Both the position numbers and the translations under genes were made by a program. This document shows, piece after piece, positions 24,460 through 51,944 of a stretch of 64,000 nt of DNA. The notes beneath the pieces were generated by a model. The model worked only from the letters and a program-made list of their open reading frames with translations. It was not told the origin of the DNA and did not search any database. This DNA comes from Haliotis cracherodii (Eukaryota). Numbering within the stretch: the first letter of the stretch is position 1; the number at the start of each line of letters is the position of its first letter. Location of the stretch: assembly GCF_022045235.1 (NCBI RefSeq), contig NW_027266264.1, positions 9,486,001 to 9,550,000 of the forward strand. The letters are read 5' to 3'.

Positions 24460-25000
24460 CATCTTCCCGAGGCAAGGGAGTTAACTGACTTTAAAAGTCA
24501 AGTTTCCACCCTTGCCGAACAAGGCTGGAATTCCTGGGCTCGACCGTAGCGCCACCAGTGGCTATTACGAGTTATGTCCCTTCTATGCCTCTCCTATGGA
24601 CCAATCAGATTCCACCTCTTGTATCACCTGCATTTGTTTCAAACAAAATGTCGGCGCCAAGTCAAGACGATCTGATCGATAATCAAGACCTATATTGTGA
24701 CAACGGGTCTTACATAGCGAAGTGCATCAAATCACGTGATCCCATTGATTAAAAACATGAAAAAATTTGGAAAATATCTGTTGACAACGAGTTGGCGGTG
24801 CACGTTTTGCAAATCCTGCAATCGACAGAAATCTGCACGACATTTTACGAACCGGATTTCGATTTCGATGTGTGATTTTGATTGGACTATGCATAGACTC
24901 GTTTGTCCAGCCAAAATGTAACTCCATAATACCAGCCTAGTTCGGCAAGGGTGAAAACTGGACTTTTATAGTCAGTTAACTCACTTGCCTCGGGAAGATG
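24460..25000. mobile_element. MITE with a 9-bp TSD (same family as 4188-4722)
   Basis: Same TIRs and interior. TSD TCTGACCGT / TCTGTCCGT. Confidence 0.9.
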
Positions 25001-25139
25001 TCTGTCCGTATTATAGGGACAGACAAGCTGATTACTTTTTCCCTCCGTATTAAATACCGGGAAACAAAAATAACTTTCTTACTAATTTGGGCGGTTGGCT
25101 TTGCCATCCAAGCAACTACGAAACAAATCATTTACACGT

Positions 25140-25470
25140 AAAGAGGCTGTGAACTAAGAATTTAGGCGACGAAACACACCAATGTGATATACGTGCAACA
25201 TCACCACAATCTGACAGATTTATGGTAGTTGCGGGGAACGTTGAGCACAAAATTGCAGACAGGAAGTGGGCAGATTTGGTTGTGGTAGCGGGATGATGTG
25301 GGCAGCCATCTCAACACGGGTAGAACGGAATTGGAACAAGTTATGGGGAATTTAACACGGATGAGATTCTTCGGGCCACACTCCTTCCCATTATGCAACA
25401 AGCGAAAGTCATTTTCCAACAGGACAACGCCCGACCTAACACAGCAAGACTGACAACAGCATTTTTCAGG
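25140..25470 (+). mobile_element. Tc1-like transposase remnant
   Basis: VIFQQDNARPNTARLT is the DDE second-Asp motif. It is preceded by degenerate DEILRPH and GRTEL segments. Confidence 0.65.
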
Positions 25471-26264
25471 AATAAAAAAGTATTTAAACAGAAAATTATT
25501 AAATTTGCCACTCGAATTAAAAACTCGATTGAACACAATTATCTTCACATTATTTGGTGCTCCAAAATGGTTCTGGTGTATGCTGAACTGTCATTTGCGA
25601 AACACTGCTTCAACATTTTAGGCCTAAAACTACCATGTACGACTTGGTCTTGTCTGCTTCAAAATGACTCCGCTAAGAAGTCTATGATGGGTGTGAATAT
25701 GTGTGAGCAAAGGATAAGTTCCACCTGTAATTGGTTCCATCAAGAACAAGTATTGCCAGTGTAAATGTGTCATGGAAAAAGATTCCTAGTAACCCTGTTC
25801 CATGGGAACGATTCCTATACCAACATATAAACGTGCGAAAATTTCAAACAATTTTGTCTCCAATTTTGGTGCAAAGAAAAGCCTATTGTCCAATTTCCAT
25901 GAATCCTCCATCTAACACAGAAGCAACATCAGCAACATCGCTGACACACACTTTCTTGTCGTGATACTTTCCTTCAACATGATTTCTTTTACATTCACAT
26001 TCACGAACAGACATTAATAAGAAAGACAACTTAATAGTTCCAAGTTTATTTACACAAAGAATATCAAATATTCAGCACACATATAAATGTGTTGCTGCTA
26101 CCATGAAGATAAATCAGTCTGCACATACTTCTCCGGAATATCTACAACATTTACAGATTTATGTACATTTTCCTAAACACTGTACAGGTGTCAAACTTGC
26201 TTTACCTTCCAGTTGAATCCAAATGAATATTTCATGAATGCAGGGCAGATAATATTTAGTTTTT

Positions 26265-26445
26265 TTTGTTTGTTGTATAACACCGCACTCAGCAACATTC
26301 CAGCTATATGACGATGGTCTGTGAATAATTTTGTCTGGACAGGACAATCCGGTGATTGACATGAGCATCAATCCACGCGATTAGGATACGATGACATGTA
26401 TCAACCAAGTCAGAGTCTAACAACTCGATCCCATTAGTCGCTATT
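26265..26445 (-). mobile_element. SINE-like family A, partial copy
   Basis: Similarity to the consensus. Confidence 0.8.
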
Positions 26446-27251
26446 CAGGGTTAAAAGCAGTAGAAATTAACTTAAGGATTTAAACGCTTCAAGTGTCAAC
26501 AACCCCAAACCCCTTTCAGCCAATAGGATCCCTTTGACGTTAGACCAACTAGTCAGACAAGAGAAGATTTCTATCACTTGTCAATATTTCACGAATACCT
26601 AAAATTTAGTTTATACAGACATATAAACAGAATAATTATCCAATGCTTGCATGATCCATTCGTAATATAATAAATGACAAAACAAACGAGTACAAGCGTT
26701 TTCCCAAACCAAACGTCAACAAAAGTTGTCTATCATACAATCAGCACTGTATTTGGGGGTATCTCCTAGGTCCAACCGTGAAGTATAACTATTACACAAA
26801 CTATTAACAATGTTCTCATAGTTCAAACCACCAAACAGAACCTTTTTCAATGTCACACTTTACAATAACATTCAACATTGGATGAAGAGAAAGAAAAGAT
26901 TCAATGTTCAATGCAAAGCCAAAAAATTCCAAGGGATAGTGGCCTCTCGGATAAGGACGACAACATTGTCGGACAGCATGATCTGGTTCACGCCATGGGA
27001 CAGTCGACTCGCCTAAAAGGAAGACAACTTGATCTCGCTCATGGTTCATGCCATGGGACAGTCGACTCGCCTATAAGGAAGACAACATTGTCGGACAGCA
27101 TGATCTGGTTCACGCCATGGGACAGTCGACTCGCCTAAAAGGAAGACAACTTGATCTCGCTCATGGTTCATGCCATGGGACAGTCGACTCTCCTATAAGG
27201 AAGACAACTTGTCGGACAACATGATCTGGTTCACTCCACGAAACAACAGAC

Positions 27252-41768
<14,517 letters not shown>

Positions 41769-41824
41769 GGTTGATCACAATGTTTCACTGTCACTTTACA
41801 CTTCGATCACAGCACAACAACAAT

Positions 41825-41885
41825 GCTAACTCCCGCCAATTGATACCATGTGAGAATTTCGCGGGGTTTTGGTCACGTGATAATG
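41825..41885 (-). promoter_or_regulatory. MCM3 proximal promoter: E2F-like sites and an E-box
   Basis: TTGGCGGGAG (minus, 41830-41839), TTTCGCGG (41857-41864) and GTCACGTGA (41872-41880), 60-110 bp upstream of the ATG. MCM genes are established E2F targets. Confidence 0.6.
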
Positions 41886-43502
41886 TCAACATTTTACTTT
41901 CGTAGCAACTGGTTGCTGTTGTACGCTGCCTAAGAAATATCTTGAACGGCACATTAAAATATGATGAAGAACCAGGGAACTATTTCTACAATATGTGCGT
42001 CTAAGTTTCTAAGAGTTATTGTTCAAGGTGTAGCTTCCGGGAAAAAATATAACTCACCACAAAACAACAAAGAGAAAGAATATATTATATCATACATGAA
42101 AATGCCTCTCTTTCATATGACATATTGTGTACAGGAGCTGGGCTGCTTATAGGCTTATAAACGGTTTTTTCATCTTTTCAACAACAAAAAATTAGCATGA
42201 ATCATCTCAACAATGTTTGTATTTTTTATGATGAAGTATCAGGTTATATCCTCTCTCCCCACACTCTACCATTATAGATAGATGCACAGCTGTATGGTGG
42301 GGGCCAAGAATGTTTTGAAAAATCAAATAATTTGTTGTAAGAAGATCTACAAAAAATAATTTTGCCTCAAAATTTTCGACAAAACTTGTTCGCCGGACAT
42401 CCTAGGGTTTTTAAAAAATGTGTTGTGAAAAAACTTTGCTCGACTCCTTTCAGATACAAAAAATGTGTGTTTTGAAGCTGTGACAGAGAAACTATTCTGT
42501 CTCTAACATTAAAGTAAGTGGCAGATCCATTAAAATGTTTCTACTTGACTTTATTCAAACTATTATGCTAATTATTAAAGATATGGACTTTTTAACAGAA
42601 CAGGTAGAGAGACTTTGGTGTCATTGGCCAGAAGGCATTGTTTGAAAAGCATTCTGAGTACGTGTACTTTGTGTAATGATGCCATAGGAGAATATGGGTT
42701 ATTTTTTTCTGTTCTCGGTTAATATTGACTTGAAAAAATATACCCTGTCTCAATGTACACGTATGTACTTCGGGGCTTAGCCTCACTTTACGTTGGTCCG
42801 ATTTCTTTATTACTGTTACCAAAAGTCCCTATAAATGTCAATACCTGATGGCATCAGGACATGAACGTGTAACATGGTGTAAACTATCCAGACACAGTCA
42901 CATACACTATTTTAACCTTTATTTAAACGCCGATAACAAATGTCAAGGCAATTCGGACAGAATATACTAGTATCGTTTAAGTTCAAACAGAGACCATATA
43001 TCAGTATATGATCTCTGTTTCAAATGTCTTCACCACAAAATTATTTAAAACTGGTGCTTAATTTAATATATATGAGGACAATCTGGGTATGGATCAATAA
43101 TATGTTAGAAATGTCATGAAAATGACAATGAAAATGACAATGAAAATACAAGTAACATTGGTTAGTCATTCATATGTAGTGGTTAGACAATCATTATCTT
43201 TTGATTTTCCTTGGGCCATGACGTCACAAATTGAGGTCCTATTGATATAATTTCCGTTTATTATTATTTCTTTTCGCAACAACGGCATCGAAAAAATCCA
43301 AGTACACTACAATAACTTTAACAATTGTATAGTAAGGAGGCTATGTATTCCTTTTGTAAACTTTTGTCATTAAATATTTATGTGAACATCACTACATTTA
43401 GTGTCATGGCGGCGCCCAGTGATCATGTTTTCTTCCGTATTTCGTCACATTAACTAGCGCTGTAATCGTTGTCATAGGCTAAAAGGACAGGAAAAGAAGA
43501 AA

Positions 43503-46500
43503 ATGTCGAGTAAAGTGAAACTTGTACTCACACACGGCAGGGTGTTTGTCTGGAATGCAGAAGGTAACGTATCGATATATATTTACACATGCATTGGAAC
43601 AGAGGAGGGAGATAGGGTTGTGATAAGAATTACCTCCCCTTACTTAGCAGACGACGTGGGACTATTAATTCTTCATTCTCATGATAGAGCAGGATACTTT
43701 TCTAATAATTGGATATGTAAAGGGATCAGGTATAAAATATGTTTATGTTGGGAATAGGGATAAGTTTTATTCCATACTGAAATGCCTCAGGCTCATAGTA
43801 CAATTCTGTTTTCGGGAGATTTTCTGGTTACAGATCCGTTTAACAGGTCATATTCTAACAGCATAGCATGATAAATGAACATTGATATATTGTTTAGAGT
43901 ATCTTTATCAGTTGTTGACATGATCGATATACATTTTGGTTGAGTGGGATGTACATAAAAAGGCAGATCAATATATTTTCTTCTTTGATGGTCGTATTTT
44001 GGACAAACGAACAGAAAATGAAACTCATCTTCAATCACATTTAAACCACATTTCCCACATATTCTCAATTCTCTGGCTATGTTTCTATGTCTGCCTACTT
44101 CGATCCTAAGTCTATGAGAGCTGCATCTAAATTGAGCTAAACTTATTCTAAACCTTTCAAAATTGATAACAAACAAATATTGTTGTGGCGAAATAGTTGT
44201 CTTAAAAAGCTTGTAATAATTGCATTTCTCTGAACTTAAAACATGCGATGACCATTTTTGTAAGTTAATATCCTTAAGTCTTTGGCGTATAGATACTAAA
44301 AAAGAATCGTGATTGTAGGTACACATTGATTATGCCAAACATACCCATAGCTGCAAAGGACATTTTGCCATTGCAAGCAGGATAAGAGAGAACATAAACT
44401 TCCAGAATATATTGATGGTAATGTGCTAAAGTAATAATTTACCACGGGATATTGTGCTGGGTACAACTTCATTTAGTGGCAAGGTAATGTACTATAGTCC
44501 AAGTTTCATGTTATAATGAAACATAGGTTTAACTTATAGTAATTATTAAATTCTTTCAGATGTTCGCATTTTGCGTGAAGATTATCGCATTGTTGGCACA
44601 TTGGTTGGATGTCTTCCTCGTGCCCCTCGTCAAAATGTCCATCTTGGACTACCCGTGCAGCTGATGCCTGAAGAAACTCAACTACTTCTCAGTAAAGGTT
44701 GGAGAGATTCATGTATCTCTTGAACAGGAAGTTGTTTACAACATTACATCACACCACTTTTATCAACTATTATTGATGAATGAGGGAATGTTAGGTCAAA
44801 ACATGACCTTATTGTTGTTTCAAATTATTTAGATTTACTTTCCCACATTGAGGGGTTTTATTTGCTAACACAATTTGCAAAGCTATGTCCCTTAATTAGT
44901 GGTACCAGAATCTGATTTTTGTGGGCTCAACTTACATCTTTGCCCTGTTCATGATTTTTAGTTTATCAGAACCATTCATGCTCTTTCACCAAAGTTGGAG
45001 ACTTTTGGGTTCTCCTCCCACATCAAGCTGACATGTAATTTAATTATTAAATTGTTACTTTAAACCCAACTCATTCTCTCCATCATGGTGTAACCAGCAG
45101 CATATATTACTGATGCTACCATGTATTCCTACCTACCTGCAGGTGTTGTGGAGCTAGTTGATGGTGGAAGTCTTCCGGAGCCAGATGAGAAGAAAGCCGA
45201 AACATTCAGAAATATGAGAACAGAAAATTATGAGGGACAGGTGATCATGTTCAGTTGTTATATTTTTCCAGTTATTTGCTCAGTGACTAACCAGTTTTGG
45301 AAGCACCTGCCTCCTCTTTCTCTCATGTCGACATAAGAGACTATACTTCCAGGGACTTCCACAGAATGGCCCTTGGGAATTGTCTTAGCATGAGGTAAAA
45401 AGACAAAGGTCACAAGGTAGAAATAAAAAGATCTCAAAGAAGTTGGTATTAACATTAACATGTCAATAGTTTTTTTTCACTAAGCAGAATAAATACCTTC
45501 TCTAAGGCTGGGCCCAGCTTAGAATATTTTTGGCCAAGGTTTGTCAAAGGTCAAGGTCAGTGTTAGAAAAATGTTTGGATGGGGGATGTAGAAATGAGCT
45601 GTGTCTGTCATGTTTCATTTCAAGATTAAAACTTGTAAACAGTTTAATATTTCTTTGTGTACACATCAGGCTAGTTGCTTTTTGCTATTCAGGTATTTTT
45701 CATATTTTTCTTTGTGTTTCAACGCCTTGTCTGACAGCTGCTGACATCTACCGATATTGCAATGTTTAAAATATATAAAGGCACACCCATATCAGGCTAG
45801 TAAGTTCTTGTATGTATGTTTTTAAGGGACAGAAATTAGTTGGACATCAGTACTGAAACAAAATAATGCATTATATATTCCAGAAGTAATTAACTCTCTC
45901 ATGCCTGTAAATATAATTGTCAATCTACAGTCTGTTGTCATATGGTTACAGATTGAATCCTTCAGACAAGATCGGAAACGGGAAATTTACCGCCACATGA
46001 GTAAAATAAAAGAAGGCAAGAAAGCAAAGAAGCAAAAGGTATTGGAGGAGAGGAGAAAAGCAGGGGAGAAAATAGCGCAGGAAGAAGAAACAGAGGAAGA
46101 GTTTAATGTGGAGCAGATTTCAATTCCTGCCATAGCAGAGGACAACTCCATGGTTCAGATTTTCACTGGTAACAACAAATTCATGTACATTCTTTGGCAA
46201 AAAGTGTTGTCTTTGTGAGCTTATGTTTGCAAGTAAAATGATGGGTCAGTTTGGCTTATAGTTGCAAGTGAAATGATGGGTTGGATAAGCTATTGGAATG
46301 AGTGAGTTGAGTGAGAAAGGTTTTACACTGCTTTTAGCAATATTTCAGTTATATCATGGTGAGAGACTGGACATGGGGTTCACTCATTGTACCCACCAAT
46401 ACCAGCTTTTTTGTGTGACGAGTAAACACTTTCACAACTAGGTTTCCACACTGCTACTTTACTTACCTGAAACAGAAGTAATTTTAGTGGTGGCCAGACC

Positions 46501-48134
46501 CTGTTTGGTCCTCTGACTGTAGCAGTTACGGTATGTCTAAGCTTGTGCATATTGATCAAGCTGAGTGAATGTCTGATGTGGATATTTGTTGTCCAAGGGC
46601 AATTTATCACACTCTGATAACAATGTAATGTATACTAGGAATGCTGTGGGGACCAGGTTTGAATAGGTCCCCTTCACTCCATTGCTTGCTGTAAGAGGTG
46701 ATTTTTTCGGATCGGGTGGTCAGGCTCCATGCGAATTGCATGGTGGGTGGCACTGGTTTGAGAGGACCAGACTATTTGAAGGCTGTTTGTGATATAGCTG
46801 GAGTATTGAAGAGTTGAGGCAAAAAAGTATTCACTCACTGATTGATTTTTGTTTGTTTTGTTTGTTGTTTAAAGCTGCACTCAGCAATATTCCAGCTTTA
46901 TGACGGGGGTCTTTAAATAATTGAGTCTGCTCCAGACAATCCAGTGATTGACTTCAGGAGCATCGATCCATGCAATTGGATACAATGACATGCATCAACC
47001 AAGTCAGCGAGTTTGACAACCCGATCCCGCTAGTCGCCTCTTACGACAAGCATAATCGCTTTTTACGACAAGCATTGGTTGCTGAAGACCCGGATTTGTT
47101 TTCCGCGGATCTTCACGGGTCTCACTGATTGATAATGGAGTGGTAGTGTCAATATGCATTTTAACAATGACATCACATTACACTGCAATGACATCTTCTT
47201 TGATGATGTCATCATTTGTTGCCTTGGATTATTAAGATTTAAGTTTGGAGAATTAATAGAAGAATCAGTTTTCCGTAACATTTTACTGAAACACAGAAAA
47301 TATGAACACCAGGAAAGGGGTTAACAAGTTATGCATGTTGATGTTAAAGTGTTGTTTCATTTCTGTGAGTGTATGTTTATGTGTATTTTGTAGAGAGTCC
47401 GTGGCAAGATGTGCTCCAGCCAGTGACAGATGAATGGAAGTATCCCCAGTCAGAGCATGAACGCCTCCGAAGTCAGGTGTTCTCACACCTGTGGGGCAGA
47501 GGCTACTACATGACTGGGGGAGGGAAGTTTGGAGGAGACTTCCTTGTCTACCCAGGTCAGCAAATTACATAATCAAATTTGAAAAAAATGTGGATTTTCA
47601 ATTATTTTTACCATATTTTTACTGTTCATCATTCTTCTCTGTTCTAGTCAAGTCGGTAAACATATTTCAGTATGAACAATTCAAGTAGGGCAATTCTGGG
47701 AGAAGTAACTCCATGACTTGTAATTATTTCATTTATTTTTCAGATATGAATTAAAACATGTTTATGAAATATTCTTTTTTATTTCAATCACCAATAAAAA
47801 GTAGTAAACCAAGGATTGAAAAAAAAGAGGCCTTAACTTATCTTTTTGTTCATAGTTTGATCAGTTTGATTAAGAAAATCTTGGAAATTAAAACATATCA
47901 ACACTACGAATATTTAGCATCAAGCTCTTCCTAATATTGATTCCAGGTGACCCATCACGCTTCCATTCATTCTACATCGCTATCTGCAAGCCCCACCAAG
48001 AGAAGCTAACTGCTTTGGATATCATATCCATGGGTCGACTGGGATCTAATGTCAAGAAGACTGTGCTACTTTGCTCTATAGACAGTGAGGATAAAGTTGT
48101 GTGTACATCACTGCAGTGGACCGGTATCAGTTGA
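43503..48134 (+). CDS. TSEN34: tRNA-splicing endonuclease subunit Sen34 (6 coding exons)
   Basis: Exons 43503-43563, 44560-44697, 45143-45240, 45952-46168, 47394-47555 and 47947-48134. Motifs VWNAED, GCLPRAPRQNVHLGLPVQLMPEE, GKFGGDFLVYPGDPSRFH and GRLGSNVKKT (catalytic Y/H/K present). Confidence 0.95.
43850..44360 (-). mobile_element. Non-LTR retrotransposon ORF2 C-terminal remnant (RTE-X-like) in TSEN34 intron 1
   Basis: LAQFRCSSHRLRIEVGRH...RICGKCGLNVIEDEFHFLFVCPKY is a CCHC motif typical of LINE C-termini. Confidence 0.8.
46306..46450 (-). mobile_element. Degenerate tRNA-derived SINE (family B-like)
   Basis: Tail and head similarity to family B. Confidence 0.6.
46643..46838 (+). mobile_element. 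Divergent SINE-like family A variant with a (TCAC)n tail
   Basis: Head GGGGACC...GGTCCCC, a single GCTTG..TAAGAGG hairpin and GGATCGGGTGGTCAGGCTC. Confidence 0.65.
46847..47121 (-). mobile_element. SINE-like family A, full-length copy
   Basis: 12-bp TSD TCACTGATTGAT (46835-46846 / 47122-47133). Confidence 0.9.
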
Positions 48135-48331
48135 TCACCTGTGTCCTGTGTTAGTGGGATGAAGATTGTCTTCAGTAGTCATTCCTGGATGCCTTGACTG
48201 ACACGATTTCCTGAACATATGAAATATTAGTCACTGTCTGTGTATTTTCACCAAAGTTGTGATACAATATATCCACGTGGATGCCAGTATAATAAATACA
48301 GTGATATCTGCACAATTCATGAGTGAATCCT

Positions 48332-48577
48332 GACCCATGAAGATCTGGGGTAGAATAGGTCTTCAGCAACCCATACTTGCCGTAATAGGTGACTAGGCTT
48401 GTCATAAGAGGTGAATAACAAGTTTGGGTGGTCAGGCATTGTATCCCAATAGCGTAGATGGATGGTCATGATGTCAATCACTGGATTGTCTGTACCAGAC
48501 TTGATTACTTACAGACCGCCATCATATACCGGTAGCTGGAATATTGCTGAGTGCAACATTAAACAACAAACAAACAA
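48332..48577 (+). mobile_element. SINE-like family A copy in the TSEN34 3' region
   Basis: Starts GACCCATGAAGATC and ends with (CAAA)n. Confidence 0.88.
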
Positions 48578-51500
48578 GAACATACCCTGGCTTAAATAAG
48601 GTTGCTGTAGAAATGTTTGATCAATCCCCTAAACTAACTTGTAATTGTGATAAGAGAAACAATTTACTGCTACAAGATACATACAACTTTCAGTAGTACT
48701 TATTTTGACATATGTCATATTTATATTGATTTCTAATTATCGCAACCTGATATCCCTTGAACCAAACAGTTAAAATTGCTAAAGGAATTACCCAATTTCC
48801 CACAGACATGTTTAAAAAGATTTGGCCGTGAATAAAATATATCAATTTCAACCAATTTGTTCATATTTCGTAGGGTGTGGCTGATTGGTCTAAGATACTT
48901 CAACTAGTTACATTGACAGTAGCGGGTGACCTCATCTATTTGAACACTACCAAGCTGACCCGTTCATTTCCTGATGAACGTCAGTATGTCATGTGATTAC
49001 GTTGTCAATCGAGCGGAGACATACAGAACTACTTTAGGGGAATTGCTCAATGTCTAAAAATAACATTAAAAATCATTGGGGAAAACTAAGAGCGACATCG
49101 ATTCAGACAGATCATGTATGTCGGGGCACCGAAATGAAGCGTCCATTCGAAGCTGTAACAGATAAAAAGAGCACTGAGCTCCACACTGTCGTGTATTGCT
49201 TCAGGAAATCCTCAAGCAGTAATCCCCGTCATCAGCAGCTGAAGTATGACTCAAACACACACCCAAAGTTCACAGAACGTTAATATTTATCCATTTTCAG
49301 CATCAGACGGGTCTGGATTGCTTTCCAAGTCTTTACTGGGTGCAACTTTTATTTCAAGTGAATGACATTGCCGTAGCCACCATTTTCTGCCGTTTGTAAA
49401 ACCAAGGGATGTCACTCAAAATGGAATGTTTGGGACGGATAACATCACGACCCACCATGTTGATAAAGTTCGCTTTAAATAATTAAAAGTTGATGTTTAA
49501 TGGATTGTTTTGTTATAATTAATGTAACTGTCAATATAAGGATTGAAGTTGTATTTATTGACGTTCATCAGCTGATGAATACAGTACCTCACATGAGCAA
49601 ATTTGCCATGCTGTCAGATGAACAAATACAACTTCAGTCCTTCAGTGTACAGATGCATCCCTCATCTGTGACATTGACTTGCCACGTGCCAGGTCCACAC
49701 TCAAGGGTTCACAAAGTCGTACCAGTGAAGGTCAATGCAATACATCACTTCAGCCTTTCCTTCCACTTAATACTGACACATGATGGTATATCAAAGATAC
49801 AAGCAAAATACACACCCCATTTCATCGGTCTGGAAAAGCATTGTTTCACATCAGAATATATTGCAAAGTTCCAATTCAAAAGTTCAATGTCGGATGAAAA
49901 GCTTAACTCCTGAAGTTTTGAGACATAGCCCCCTACACACCCCCCCCCCCCCACCCACCCAACTTAATTCTGAAAATGTTGAGTGTTTAGTGGCTTCTTT
50001 TGTCATGCATTCTCGAGTTTTGCCATATTTTTCTGCGGAACATTTATCAAATGAAGTTTATTGACTAGGTGTTGACAATCATTTGTAGAGTTTTTTCGAT
50101 CAAAATCAATATATTACGCAATACACAAGACATGCAAGATTGAATATTGCCGGCATTATATTGGAAAGACTGGATGTATGTAATGACAACTCATAACAGC
50201 ATATGAATGAAAATAGGATTGGTTTACTTCAATTACTATATAAAACATTGAGAAATCAGTTAAGTTGATTTGCTGATGTATTTCCCCCCTAAAGAAGAAA
50301 GGAAGAGATTTATTTCTATGTCGAGAAATATCAGCTTTGTTATCAGGAAATGAAACCATGCCTTAACTGTTGGACTGTTATCCATTAAATTATACATCAA
50401 TGTGTAGCACATTTGACGCTTTGAACAATATTGTCCCTATATCAGAGGTTGGAGGTGGAAAGTCTGAGGTGATGCAGGTGACATTTACAACCTGAATTCA
50501 GACTTTGGCTAAATACACAAATATGGATATGGTGTTGACAAACCTAGAAGCATGATAGGACAAATCTGGTAATCAAACCCACAATCATGTTTCTGGCAGG
50601 CCTGAGGGATGCATCCCTGCACGGGAAGTATTTGCGAATTAAAGAGACCACTAGTTTTCCAGCAATGCATGACCTAATGATAAAGATATACTCAGTCACT
50701 GAACATTTGGTGAATGAAACTTGGCCTGATTTGCTTTTGGATTTCCTTTGGGTTTTGTCAAGGTGAGACATGATAGCAAATAGTTGTGAAAGTTTGCTTA
50801 CTTATACATTAAGCAGAGATAGACACAGCCATTAGTCTTGTTAGTCCGAGACTAGTAACAAATCCAGAGGGACCAGTTTTACATAAGCCTCAAGTCCAAA
50901 ATGAGATGTATCCGATTTGACCAAGTGTCTACCTGTTTAAGGCTTTTTGATCCCTCCTTCATTGACAAATGATGGCAAAACCATATTAGTTTTATAACAG
51001 TTTATTGTTTCAACACTTGGCATTCACTAACAATGACAATGAATAGCCTCTTCATGAACTTGCCATGCAAAAATGTATTCACATCTTCCTAGACCACATT
51101 GTTATGGTCCTGTCACATGCCAAGTTCATGAAGAAGAGATAAAACATTCACAAGGTTGATTCATACTCCATAAAAATATCCCATTTTTTCCATCCACAAT
51201 TCTATATTAAAATAAGCTATTTCAATCAAAATAATCAGGTATTAAAAATGTCATTCCAATCAACCCTGTCAAGCATGTCCATTTATTGTAAATTTCACAT
51301 TTACAAATGAATAAAACAATGTCTCTTAATCAAGCAGGACATGCACATATGTCTTGTTCACAATCATGAAACATATGTACAAGAGTGAACAAAGACTCAT
51401 TCATACCAATCTCATTCACACACTAAAATTCTTTGGTTTTGAAAGACTCTTTTGGCAAGAAAATAAATACTTGTGGTATGGCAGTACAAGATAATTTCAG

Positions 51501-51944
51501 GATGGATTTCTATACTGATTCATTTGATTCCATAAATTAATATAGGATTGATGTGTAGGTCATTATGTAATGATCTGAATGAGCTACATGTGTATTTAAC
51601 AAAATACTGTATGTTCCGTGGAGGAATGTCTTTTGATATGATATGCATTGCTGAGATCATTTCATATATGCAACAATTGTTCTGTAAACAGAACCTAGTA
51701 TCAAATCTTTGAGATTCACATCCTGAGTTATTGCTGTAGTTGTCACAGATGTGTTTGCGTCATTGTCACCTCAAGAATACTGTGGTTAATTTGTTGATGC
51801 CAGCACCTTGTCATTATGAACACATTAACCGTATTGCACTTCCGTCAGTCTGTTGGTCAGCTCAAGCTGCATCTACAGTATGGATGGATTAGCTTTGTCC
51901 AGCAAAGCTGCTGTGGGGGTGAAGGTTTCTTTTTGCAGTAACTG

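Noticed and set aside
26816-27138. ORFs of 77 and 86 aa, and stop-codon readthrough of MCM3
   Set aside because: The ORFs arise from the tandem repeat. Readthrough of the MCM3 TGA meets another TGA after 6 codons.
48971-49020. Other CTGATGA motifs (also 18714 and 49572) as hammerheads
   Set aside because: No stem II or GAAA follows.
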